Part shown: positions 54,109 through 62,824 of the stretch, one piece after another
Layout: each line of letters starts with the position of its first letter
Numbering within the stretch: the first letter of the stretch is position 1
Notes under the pieces: model-generated
What the model was told of the DNA's origin: nothing
The model's database searches: none
Seen by the model: the letters and a program-made list of their open reading frames with translations, nothing else
Source: Acidimicrobiaceae bacterium
GTDB taxonomy: Bacteria; Actinomycetota; Acidimicrobiia; Acidimicrobiales; Ilumatobacteraceae
Reading direction: 5' to 3'
DNA length: 64,000 nucleotides
Assembly (NCBI GenBank): GCA_947446815.1
Contig: CANFGT010000008.1
Coordinates: 44,160-108,159, forward strand
Translations under genes and position numbers: made by a program

Positions 54109-55224
54109 ATGATCACTTCGTTTGACGACTACCCGATTCATCAGACTTCCGAGCCCATTGCTCATCCAGAGAGTGGAGATCCGGGCCATTACGACCGCTA
54201 TTTTTTCAACGGTTATAGCAAAGACGGCTCGTTGTTCTTCGCAGCCGCTATGGGTGTGTACCCGAATCGGCATGTAATGGACGCATCATTCAGCGTCGTC
54301 GTCAATGGTGAACAAATCAGTGCCCATTCGTCCGCGCGTGCGCCCATTGATCGAATGCATTGCAATCAAGTAGGACCGATTGGCATCGAAGTTGTATCGC
54401 CAATGAAGGAACATCGCATCACGGTCGAGACACCCGAACATGGAATTCGTGCAGATCTAAGATTTATTTGCACTTCACTTCCATATGAAGAGCCACCGTT
54501 CCTTGTACGTAGTGGCAATCGGGTCACCATGAAGTACACGCGATTGACGCAACTTGGTCAGTGGAGCGGTTGGATAGAAATTGACGGTGTACGCCACAAT
54601 ATTGATCCAACGGTTGTGGTTGGCTCTCGCGATCGGTCCTGGGGTGTTCGTGGCGTTGGCGAACGTATCCAATTGGGTGCTCCGCTCAATCACGCTCCAC
54701 AATTTTTCTGGTTGTGGGCCCCAGTTTGTTTCGATGGTTTTGGAACGTTGTTTGATGTGAATGAGTTTGCAGACGGTGAACGTTGGCATGACTCCGGAGC
54801 AATGCTGATCGGTAACGACACCATCAAGCACGCACATGACGTCTCCTATCAGTACAACTGGGAAGACGGAACTCGACGTTCTGTGGGTTTTGAGCTCGAT
54901 TACACATTCGGCGACAGTTCTGCACATGTGACTTTCGAGCCGATAACGCATTTCCAGATGCTGGGCCTTGGATACCTGCATCCTGAATGGGGACACGGCA
55001 TGTGGAAAGGTGAACTTGCCGTGGGTGGCGAGCGATTGTCGCTCCCCGTTGAAGACCCGATGTTGATGCACCACCTGCATACGCAAACCCTGAGCAACGT
55101 CACCATGACACTGTCTTCGGGTGAGGTACACCGCGGAATCGGAGTCCTCGAAACTCTGGTACTCGGGGCACATCAACCCAATGGATTCACCGGAATGACA
55201 GACGGATACACCGCCTCTCGGTAG
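54109..55224 (+). CDS. hypothetical soluble protein (about 371 aa)
   Basis: MITSFDDYPIHQTSEPIAHP...DPGHYDRYFFNGY...GSRDRSWGVRG...FFWLWAP. Composition is protein-like, and the antisense ORF is junk. The ORF opens at GTG 54091. No family assigned. Confidence 0.7.
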   Translation: MITSFDDYPIHQTSEPIAHPESGDPGHYDRYFFNGYSKDGSLFFAAAMGVYPNRHVMDASFSVVVNGEQISAHSSARAPIDRMHCNQVGPIGIEVVSPMKEHRITVETPEHGIRADLRFICTSLPYEEPPFLVRSGNRVTMKYTRLTQLGQWSGWIEIDGVRHNIDPTVVVGSRDRSWGVRGVGERIQLGAPLNHAPQFFWLWAPVCFDGFGTLFDVNEFADGERWHDSGAMLIGNDTIKHAHDVSYQYNWEDGTRRSVGFELDYTFGDSSAHVTFEPITHFQMLGLGYLHPEWGHGMWKGELAVGGERLSLPVEDPMLMHHLHTQTLSNVTMTLSSGEVHRGIGVLETLVLGAHQPNGFTGMTDGYTASR

Positions 55225-55236
55225 ATCGGGGCCACT

Positions 55237-55258
55237 GAACCCGCTGAAATGCGGGATC
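55237..55258 (+). terminator. hairpin GAACCCGC-TGAAAT-GCGGGATC just after the stop of the 54109-55224 gene (weak, no clean U-tract)
   Basis: 8-bp stem with one A-A mismatch, 13 nt after the TAG. It is followed by GCCUCCCACUUUUAGUUCUU. Confidence 0.3.
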
Positions 55259-55508
55259 GCCTCCCACTTTTAGTTCTTCGCGCATGACGGAGAATCTCTC
55301 CTTGCCCTGAGCCAATTGGGCTCCATCGCCTTCGTTGAGGTATCCGGCGGCCATTTTCACCCCGTCGCCCCTGTCATTCATCACTAAATGTGACGAACTG
55401 ACCACTAAGACCACTCTGGGTGGTGAACTAAACATTTTCCGTGAGAAATCTCTCAAGTTCTGCTGAGACCTGCCGATCCCTATTGCGGATCAACAAGGGA
55501 GCAGACAG

Positions 55509-56894
55509 ATGTCTCACAACCGCACACAAACAATCAGCCGCATCATTCTCGCTGGAGCAGTCGCAAGCCTCGCTCTGATTGCAGTGCCGTCAGTGGCAAG
55601 CGCTTCGACAGGAAACGTCGTTTCCACCGCGCCTGCAGCACAGACCGCACCTGGCCAGCCGAAGTTCGGCGAGAGCGGCGCATCAGTTGTTGCCCTTCAG
55701 ACCGCAATTATTCGTAATGGTTTCTCTCTCAAAGGTGGAGCGAATGGCGTTTTCGACAAGCGCACACAGATCGTTTTGAAGAACTTCCAGAAAGTTGTTG
55801 GTCTCAAGGTCACTGGCGTTGTTGATACCGCTACAGCACAGGTGCTGAAGCTCAACGTTCCGACAACAACTGCTGCACCTGCAACCACTGCTGCTCCAAC
55901 AACAACAGCCGCCCCCACCACCACCGTTGCTCCAGTGGTGTACGCATTGACCGCAAGTTCATTGCCAGTTCGCGGCAACCGCGGAAACAACGTGGTCGCA
56001 GTTCAGAAGGCACTTGTCGCTGCAGGCCTTCAGGTCAAGGGCGGCATTGATGGTCAGTTCGGATCTGGAACGACCGCAACACTCTCTTCTTTCCAGACTT
56101 CAAAGGGATTTCCATCAACAGGAATTCTCGATGCAAATACTGCGGCAGCTCTTGGTCTGATCGCTCCGACCACGACAGTCCCTCCCATAACGGCACCTGC
56201 AACAGTGCAGGCAAAGTCAGTCACCATGACGACTCTTCCTGCCCGCGGTACACGTGGTGACAACGTTGTCATCGTCCAGAAGGCACTCATTGCTGCTGGC
56301 ATCGCTGTCAAGGGTGGCGTCGACGGAATCTTCGGTGCAGCTACCGCAGTAGCGCTGCAGAAGTTCCAGACAACACAGAACATTGCAATCACTGGCAAGC
56401 TCGACGCACAGACAGCTATCAAGCTTGGCGTGATGGCTCCTCCAGCGGTACAGCTTGCAGTCTTCCCCGTGCAGGGAAACTGTTCCTTCGAGAACACATG
56501 GCACGCACCGCGCTCCGGTGGACGCCAGCACCTTGGTGTTGACATCATCGCGAAAGAAGGAAATCTTCTGTACGCAGTTGCTGATGGAACCATCACAAAG
56601 TTGTACAAACAAGGTGTCGACAAGCTTGCAGGAAATGGCGTTCGCTTGACCAAGACTGATGGCACGTACTTCTTCTACGGCCACATGTCTCGCTTGGCTG
56701 ATGGAATCGGAATCGGTTCAAAGGTGAAGGCCGGACAAGTCATTGGTTATGTCGGCCACACAGGCGACACCAACACGCCTCACCTTCACTTCGAAATTCA
56801 TCCATTCGGTGGTGAGGCAATCGACCCCACCAACACAGTTGATGCAGTGAACGGTTGCTCGATCACAACTCCATTACCAGTACCAGCTGCATAA
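55509..56894 (+). CDS. secreted peptidoglycan-binding (3 x PG_binding_1-like) M23 metallopeptidase
   Basis: Signal peptide ending VASAS. Three repeats of about 63 aa (G.SG..VVALQ.A...G....GG.DG.FG..T..AL..FQ......TG.LD..TA..L) are separated by T/A/P linkers. C-terminal HLGVDI...GHTGDTNTPHLHFEIH is the M23 H-x-H motif. Confidence 0.85.
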   Translation: MSHNRTQTISRIILAGAVASLALIAVPSVASASTGNVVSTAPAAQTAPGQPKFGESGASVVALQTAIIRNGFSLKGGANGVFDKRTQIVLKNFQKVVGLKVTGVVDTATAQVLKLNVPTTTAAPATTAAPTTTAAPTTTVAPVVYALTASSLPVRGNRGNNVVAVQKALVAAGLQVKGGIDGQFGSGTTATLSSFQTSKGFPSTGILDANTAAALGLIAPTTTVPPITAPATVQAKSVTMTTLPARGTRGDNVVIVQKALIAAGIAVKGGVDGIFGAATAVALQKFQTTQNIAITGKLDAQTAIKLGVMAPPAVQLAVFPVQGNCSFENTWHAPRSGGRQHLGVDIIAKEGNLLYAVADGTITKLYKQGVDKLAGNGVRLTKTDGTYFFYGHMSRLADGIGIGSKVKAGQVIGYVGHTGDTNTPHLHFEIHPFGGEAIDPTNTVDAVNGCSITTPLPVPAA

Positions 56895-56937
56895 TTCGAC
56901 TGCGGTGCTCGCGATCCACGGTCGCCGCAGAGAGAAC

Positions 56938-56985
56938 AACTTCCGGTTAACACAAGATCCAGTGTTGACCGGAAGTTTTGTTTTT
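56938..56985. terminator. bidirectional rho-independent terminator between convergent genes
   Basis: AACTTCCGGTTAACAC / GTGTTGACCGGAAGTT form a 16-bp stem with one mismatch, around loop AAGATCCA. TTGTTTTT follows. An A-rich run (AGAGAACAAC) precedes it, giving only a weak U-rich (GUUGUUCUCU) tail on the other strand. Confidence 0.7.
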
Positions 56986-58075
56986 ACGGACGAACCTCGT
57001 AGAAGGCATTTACTGAGTGTTCAATTGGGAGCAACTCAAATGAAGTGAATCCGGCCTGAGCTGCCATCTCCTTTGCCTTCGATGCAGACAGTCCGAGTGT
57101 TCCCAAGCCTTCACCGTCAGCCGACGACATCGCAGATGACATGCAACTCAAGACACTGATTCCGTACAACAGAGAAGCCATAGGGTTCTTCGCAACATTC
57201 AGTTCCAAGGAATCATGTGCCTTGATATCAACCAACAACCAAGTGCCATCGTCTTTTAGAGAGGTCCGAATCGTCTTCATCATCTCTGTGGGATGAGTCA
57301 TATCGTGAATGCAATCAAACGTGCAGATGAGGTCAAACTTCTCTGCATCAGTAATCGACTCGCGACGAGGGTCAGTAAATCGCACGTTCTGTAAACCTTC
57401 TGATTGCAAGCGATCATTCGCCCGGTCGAGGGCATGTTGGGAAATGTCATAACCAATGAATTCACTCTGTGGGAAAGTGCGACCCAACAATAAAGAAAGT
57501 CCACCGGCTCCACAGCCGATGTCCGCAACTCGTGCTCCCCTTTCCAACTTGTCCTTGATGCCATCCAGTGCTGGAACGACGTATGGAATAAGAAAATTTT
57601 GGTTCCATGGCTCAAAACTCTTCTCGATCCCAACAGCTCCTTCTGGTCCATGCGAGTCGTAATCGTGTCCTATTCCCGTACGGAAGGATTCAGGCATCTC
57701 GTTCAATGCATTCATTGTTTGCGGAAGTCGATGAAACATCCCCATCCCGTATGCAGGATGCGTAGGGGTCGCCAAGACACAAATTGCCTCAGGCGTGAGG
57801 TAAAAAACTGGATCATGTGCAGAGATGTCTTTGCACGAAACAATGCGAGCGGCCACTTGGTTGTGAAGCCATTCACGTACCCAACGCTCATGAAGATTCA
57901 TTCGTGCAGCAAGCGATGAAGACGTATCACCATCTGGGTGCATTGACATTGCCTCGTACAGTCCAAGGCGATCACCGAGATGGATCATTCCCGCCGTTAC
58001 CGCACCCTCCAATTTGCTGAAGACTCCGAAGGAGAACATTTTGAGGGCATCTGGGTCAATGGAATCTTTGCTCAT
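56984..58075 (-). CDS. class I SAM-dependent methyltransferase with N-terminal winged-helix/dimerisation domain
   Basis: ADIGCGAGGLSLLL (motif I) and ICTFDCIHDM. ATG 58075 (MSKDSIDP) is preferred. The ORF opens at 58096. Confidence 0.8.
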   Translation of the reverse strand: MSKDSIDPDALKMFSFGVFSKLEGAVTAGMIHLGDRLGLYEAMSMHPDGDTSSSLAARMNLHERWVREWLHNQVAARIVSCKDISAHDPVFYLTPEAICVLATPTHPAYGMGMFHRLPQTMNALNEMPESFRTGIGHDYDSHGPEGAVGIEKSFEPWNQNFLIPYVVPALDGIKDKLERGARVADIGCGAGGLSLLLGRTFPQSEFIGYDISQHALDRANDRLQSEGLQNVRFTDPRRESITDAEKFDLICTFDCIHDMTHPTEMMKTIRTSLKDDGTWLLVDIKAHDSLELNVAKNPMASLLYGISVLSCMSSAMSSADGEGLGTLGLSASKAKEMAAQAGFTSFELLPIEHSVNAFYEVRP

Positions 58076-58117
58076 ATCTGCACAATAGAACCTCAAAGAG
58101 ATTTATGGGGACAACGC

Positions 58118-58804
58118 TTAGTAGGTGCGTGCATTCGTCGGTAGGTGATGATTACCCGAAAGTTGCGTGAGTCCGAACGTGATGCCGTCAGCAAGGGCCA
58201 ATGTCGAAACTCGGTTGATGGTCGCATGCCCGATGACGAGACGTTCCCACTCCCATGGAGTTGCAGGAAATCCCAACATGTGACAGATCGACACACTGCC
58301 CGTACCGGCATGACATACAAGTGCAATCTTTTTAGATTCCACAAATTGCCCGGTTGTTTCCCACACGGGAAGTTCCTTGTTAGACCTTGTCAGCCCCTGC
58401 CGTTGAAGAAACCCAGAGACACCTTCATTGATGCGAGTGACGAACTCCGAAACAGGCTCCCCACCCTCAATGCCAGTCCATCGTTCATGCGAGGCCTTCG
58501 ACTTCTCGGCTTTCCAAGCGGCATCTGCTTTTTCTTGGGGTGTTCCGTGCCAAATCGGATTACGAATCTCTTCCAGCCATGGCTCAATCTGTAAATCTCT
58601 ACTCATTGCCTTCAGTATCGGAGCTGCGGTTTGCTGGGTACGAACGAGTGGTGAAACCAGAACTTCGTCGAAGTGCTCATCTCTTAATTCTTTTGCGAGA
58701 TATTCCGCCTGTTCGAAACCAAGTTTTGTGAGAGGAGGATTATCAACAGACAAACCGTCTTTTACCCACTCTGGCTGCGCATGACGAATGATGACTATTT
58801 CCAC
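58118..58804 (-). CDS. histidine phosphatase family protein
   Basis: EIVIIRHAQPEW (RH motif), LVSPLVRTQQTA and LVCHAGT. GTG start. Confidence 0.8.
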   Translation of the reverse strand: MEIVIIRHAQPEWVKDGLSVDNPPLTKLGFEQAEYLAKELRDEHFDEVLVSPLVRTQQTAAPILKAMSRDLQIEPWLEEIRNPIWHGTPQEKADAAWKAEKSKASHERWTGIEGGEPVSEFVTRINEGVSGFLQRQGLTRSNKELPVWETTGQFVESKKIALVCHAGTGSVSICHMLGFPATPWEWERLVIGHATINRVSTLALADGITFGLTQLSGNHHLPTNARTY

Positions 58805-58841
58805 TGACGCAATCTACTAACGGACTGTTGTAGCGGAGGAA

Positions 58842-59579
58842 CTATTGGGTCGGAACTTTAAAAGGTATGGAACACGAATCAAATGCACTTTGAAACTGTC
58901 CCTGATACTGAGCAAGGTTTGCACTCGCGGAACTGACGTCTACAACGCCTTGCAGCGCAGTTCCTAAACACACAGATTGAGCTGATGAAAGGTTCAAATG
59001 AAACAAGGAACCCACGGTAAACCCCAGCGCTGATTCTTCGGATAATTCATTGATGGTATTTGTGGGTGGATCAGTCTGGGTCGGCGACGGAATAGACGGT
59101 GGTGGCAACGTGTCGAGAGTTTGATCGTTTCTGTCAACGGTGCTGGGTAGACCACACTCGTTAATCAAAAGTGATTCGACTGTGTTCGCTTGAATCAATG
59201 TTGCCGGGGTTCCGAGCGCTGAACCAGACGCAACAGCCGCATTGTTGGAAAGCGCAACAGAGACGTCCCACTTCACCTTGTTCATCGAGCTAATAAATAC
59301 ATTGATCTTCTTAGCGAGATCAGACGCTTCCACACTGTCCGCGTGCGCAATTGCAACATGGCTAACAATTTTAGAAGTTCTTTCTGTATCGGCTCTTAAC
59401 TGCGTGTACTGGTCTTCAGAAAAATTATCGAGGCCCTGCGAAAACTGTGTAGTGAAACCAGCGACTGAAGTGATGCCATTGCAGAAAGTTTCCGAGCGAG
59501 ACGTACAGCCCGTGGCAAAAACACTCGAGATAAGCGGAACCGTCAACAGAGAAGAAAATTTTCTGCCGAACGAAGCCAC
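58842..59579 (-). CDS. hypothetical lipoprotein
   Basis: Signal peptide with lipobox LISSVFATGC and a P/T-rich linker (LPPPSIPSPTQTDPPT). No family assigned. GTG start. Confidence 0.65.
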   Translation of the reverse strand: MASFGRKFSSLLTVPLISSVFATGCTSRSETFCNGITSVAGFTTQFSQGLDNFSEDQYTQLRADTERTSKIVSHVAIAHADSVEASDLAKKINVFISSMNKVKWDVSVALSNNAAVASGSALGTPATLIQANTVESLLINECGLPSTVDRNDQTLDTLPPPSIPSPTQTDPPTNTINELSEESALGFTVGSLFHLNLSSAQSVCLGTALQGVVDVSSASANLAQYQGQFQSAFDSCSIPFKVPTQ

Positions 59580-59631
59580 ATGGTCATTCTGTCATCAACC
59601 AGCCAGAGAGCGATTCACCTAATGTCGAATC

Positions 59632-60120
59632 ATGCAAAAGATTGACTATGCCCTACTCCTACTACGACTGGCTTTTGCCCTGTCGCTGACTTACCACGGC
59701 TACAACAAATTGTCTGCTGGTATCGCTGGTACAGCGGGGTGGTTTTCTTCCATCGGAATGAAGTGGCCAAAGACGCAGGCTTGGACAGCTGCCCTCACCG
59801 AAGTGTTCGCTGGTCTGGCCTTTGGTGCCGGCTTCTTTACTTCTGTATGCGCGATGGCCGTCATTGCACTGATGGTGGTCGCAATCATCACTGTCCATTG
59901 GAAGGTCGGATATTTCATTTTTCTTCCGAATGGTGGCTGGGAATATTGTGCATCCATAGGGGCTGTCGCTGGCGCCATTGCAATCACAGGACCAGGTCGC
60001 ATTTCAGTCGATCATGTGATCGGGCTTCCCTGCTCATCCGCAATGTTCCTCATCCCAGTTGGTGTTCTACTGGCGCTGTGCCATCTGGCTATTAGCTACC
60101 GCCCTGTTCGGACATCCTGA
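59632..60120 (+). CDS. DoxX-family membrane protein
   Basis: MQKIDYALLLLRLAFALSLTYHGYNKL... with four TM segments. Confidence 0.75.
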   Translation: MQKIDYALLLLRLAFALSLTYHGYNKLSAGIAGTAGWFSSIGMKWPKTQAWTAALTEVFAGLAFGAGFFTSVCAMAVIALMVVAIITVHWKVGYFIFLPNGGWEYCASIGAVAGAIAITGPGRISVDHVIGLPCSSAMFLIPVGVLLALCHLAISYRPVRTS

Positions 60121-60139
60121 ACCTCGTAGCCTGAACATC

Positions 60140-60655
60140 GTGAAACTTTTCGTCCGCATCATTCTCACAGTGGCTTGCAGTGCCATCTTCGCGATGTGGG
60201 TATACGCATTTGGGTTTGCTCCACGCGAGAGCATTAACAAGATTGGTGACAATGCGTGGAAAGCCCGTGCTGAGGCTCATTGCAAAGATGCCGAGGACTC
60301 TCGATTCGCTCTTCAGGATCTGACAGCCATGAATCCCAAGGACCCCGCAGCTCTGAAGAAGAAGGCTGACATCGTGGACGTCGCAACAAACGCTCTTGAG
60401 AAAGCCATCAACGCAATCGCAGCAGATGTCCCATCCGATGCAAAAGGTAAAGCACTGGTTCCGATGTGGATCAAGGACTACCGCACATACATCGCAGATC
60501 GACGTCTCTTCGTTGAAGCCCTACGTACGGCTACACGTCGACCTTTCTTCGCAGAGACCGAAGTTGAAGGCGTTCCTATCAGTGAACGCATTGGCAAGTT
60601 TGCACGCGAAAATGCAATGAAGGCTTGCCAACCACCTCTGGATCTCTCGGTCTAA
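60140..60655 (+). CDS. hypothetical membrane-anchored protein
   Basis: N-terminal TM (IILTVACSAIFAMWVYAF), then a helical, charged ectodomain with two Cys. GTG 60140 is preferred. The ORF opening at 60059 overlaps DoxX. Confidence 0.55.
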   Translation: MKLFVRIILTVACSAIFAMWVYAFGFAPRESINKIGDNAWKARAEAHCKDAEDSRFALQDLTAMNPKDPAALKKKADIVDVATNALEKAINAIAADVPSDAKGKALVPMWIKDYRTYIADRRLFVEALRTATRRPFFAETEVEGVPISERIGKFARENAMKACQPPLDLSV

Positions 60656-61270
60656 CTACAACGACTTCCATTCACCGTCAATGTATTGCTTAATGACTTT
60701 CGCAGGAGAGCCCACAGCAACTGAGTAATCAGGAATGTCTCTAGTGACAACCGAGTTAGCACCGATGACAACATGTTTGCCTATGGTGACGCCGGGTAAG
60801 ACAACTGTTCCGTAGCCGAGCCAGCTTCCGTCTCCAATCTTTACCGCACGTTCGGGTTGTGATTGCTGAGAGATTGGTTTCGTTAAATCTTCATAACCGT
60901 GATTCTGGTCAGTGATGTACACATGGTGTCCGGTCCACACATCGTTACCTATCTCAATTGAAAAGTGTCCAACGATTCCGCTTCCTCGACCAATGAGACA
61001 GCGGTCGCCGATGGAAACAACCGGATAGGTGATGCACTCTTGTCCAGGAACCATGCCGGCCGAAAGAGACACATCTGGTCCAATCAACGTATCGACCCCA
61101 ATCTCAATGAATTGCTCATTGAAGATGGTGGTGGGCTTCCACATAATGAGACTTCGTTCGCCGAATGCCCCAAACTTCTTTCCCTGAGAATTGCTGGGGC
61201 TTATAGAAGCGACTCGTTGGAGCCATTTCGAACAACGCACATACAGATTCCCGATTAATGAACTCAACAC
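60656..61270 (-). CDS. hexapeptide-repeat (LbH) acyl/acetyltransferase
   Basis: IGDRCLIGRGSGIVGHFSIEIGNDVWTG...VKIGDGSWLGYGTVVLPGVTIGKHVVIGANSVV. Start uncertain: 61270 or ATG 61144. Confidence 0.75.
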   Translation of the reverse strand: MLSSLIGNLYVRCSKWLQRVASISPSNSQGKKFGAFGERSLIMWKPTTIFNEQFIEIGVDTLIGPDVSLSAGMVPGQECITYPVVSIGDRCLIGRGSGIVGHFSIEIGNDVWTGHHVYITDQNHGYEDLTKPISQQSQPERAVKIGDGSWLGYGTVVLPGVTIGKHVVIGANSVVTRDIPDYSVAVGSPAKVIKQYIDGEWKSL

Positions 61271-61293
61271 GGCACCACGCTAGTAAAGCTTGA

Positions 61294-62745
61294 ATGGCAC
61301 GCAGGTACGGTATGTCTATGAGTAATCAAGTCAATGTGACATCACCTTCTGGCACTTTCACAGGGTCTGTGCGCCCCGACGGACAATACGAGTTTCGTGG
61401 CATCCGTTTTGCTATCGCGGACCGCTGGGCTGCACCTGTCGATGTTGAGACCTACGACGAAATCGTCGAGGCAACATCCAACGGTCCGATCAGCCCACAA
61501 GTTCCTGGTTTTCTTGAACAAATGCTTGGAACAACCGCCGATGACATGTCCGAAGATTGCCTGAATCTCAATGTCTTCACACCGTCGGGTTTGACCACAG
61601 ATAGCAAACTTCCCGTGTTGTATTGGATCCACGGAGGCGCCTATACGAATGGGTCCGGTTCCATTGCATGGTACGACGGCTCACATCTTGCTGCTCGTGG
61701 TTGCGTCGTCGTCTCCATCAACTATCGCTTAGGTGCTTTCGGGTTTGTCGGTGAAGGAAACTATGGCGTTCTTGACATGTTGTCTGGCCTGCGATGGGTA
61801 CAGCGAAACATCGCATCTTTTGGAGGAAATCCTGACAACGTCACAATTTTTGGAGAATCTGCCGGAGGTTCGGCGGTTATCTCTCTGATGGCAACCGACG
61901 GCACTGACGACCTCTTTCACAAGGCTTGGGCAATGAGCCCATCCATCGGACAGTTGCGCGAACTGAATCGTGCCCACGAGCTGGAAGCAGATTTCCTCCG
62001 AATTCTCGGAGTCGCTTCACTCGCAGATGCAAAGACAAAATCAATTCCTGAATTGTTGGAGGCTCAGACGGAGGCTTCAATCGCCCCATCAAAAGGTTTC
62101 GACATTTTTTCACCGACAGGTGGCGGAGTTGCTGTTCGCAACAACATTCTGAGCGTGGCATCTCAAAGAAAAATTCCTTTTGTTGTCGGCACGAACAAAG
62201 ACGAGAACAAGTTGTGGTCAGCATTCGACCAGGACGCTGCGAGCAATGGTCAACCAGAGTGGGAAAAGTTCACATCAGAAATCTTCGGAGATCAGGCGCA
62301 GTCTGCAAGAAAGACATACGAAGAATTCCGTCCAGGGGAACAAGTGCGCGAACTTATGTCTGCGGTCAATACCGACGTCGGATTCCGTCAAAGAGCTCAG
62401 GATTTCGTGGAGAAGAGATGCGCCAATGCTCTCCCCTCCTGGATGTACTGGTTCACATGGGCAACCCCAGCATTTGGTGGGATTCTCGGCAGCTGCCATG
62501 CAATCGACATCCCGTTCGCCTTCGACAATCTCGACGCGCAGGGAACCGAGGTCTTGACTGGTGATGACCAAGAGAGACATGCAATTGCAGAGCGATTCGC
62601 GCAAGAAATTGTTCAATTCGCCACACACGGGCATCCTTCGTGGGAGCAGTTCAACACAACCACTCGTCCCACCATGGAAATCAACGTCGAGTGCTCCTTG
62701 TTGAACGACCCAGAATCGGCTATCCGCCAACTATTTATCCGATAA
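61294..62745 (+). CDS. carboxylesterase/lipase family (type B) protein
   Basis: EDCLNLNVFTP, YWIHGGAY, and the nucleophile box IFGESAGG. Confidence 0.85.
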   Translation: MARRYGMSMSNQVNVTSPSGTFTGSVRPDGQYEFRGIRFAIADRWAAPVDVETYDEIVEATSNGPISPQVPGFLEQMLGTTADDMSEDCLNLNVFTPSGLTTDSKLPVLYWIHGGAYTNGSGSIAWYDGSHLAARGCVVVSINYRLGAFGFVGEGNYGVLDMLSGLRWVQRNIASFGGNPDNVTIFGESAGGSAVISLMATDGTDDLFHKAWAMSPSIGQLRELNRAHELEADFLRILGVASLADAKTKSIPELLEAQTEASIAPSKGFDIFSPTGGGVAVRNNILSVASQRKIPFVVGTNKDENKLWSAFDQDAASNGQPEWEKFTSEIFGDQAQSARKTYEEFRPGEQVRELMSAVNTDVGFRQRAQDFVEKRCANALPSWMYWFTWATPAFGGILGSCHAIDIPFAFDNLDAQGTEVLTGDDQERHAIAERFAQEIVQFATHGHPSWEQFNTTTRPTMEINVECSLLNDPESAIRQLFIR

Positions 62746-62824
62746 TCGTTACCTAGGTCACCCCGGAGGACAGGAATCACGGACTGGCTCCCCGTAGCCT
62801 TTTAGCGCAAGCAAAGGGGTGCCA

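Noticed and set aside
54475-55176. 233-aa minus-strand ORF antisense to the 371-aa hypothetical gene.
   Set aside because: The translation is Cys/His/Arg-rich with no motifs. The plus-strand frame is clearly protein-like.
55330-55375. ydaO (c-di-AMP riboswitch)-like fragments GGGGUGAAAAU and ACCUCAACGAAGGCG.
   Set aside because: They occur only on the minus strand, which has no downstream gene. Other core elements (GGGGACCCA, CCGAAUCC...CAGCUAAC) are missing. The region is kept as an open question in the findings rather than called as a feature.
55187-55456. 89-aa minus-strand ORF inside the M23 leader, overlapping the end of the upstream gene.
   Set aside because: No Shine-Dalgarno sequence, an implausible composition, and overlap with a well-supported CDS. 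It is more likely non-coding leader sequence.
56054-56665. 203-aa and 155-aa minus-strand ORFs antisense to the M23 peptidase gene.
   Set aside because: They mirror the Ala/Thr/Gly-rich repeats. The sense frame has a signal peptide, PG-binding repeats and the M23 HxH motif.
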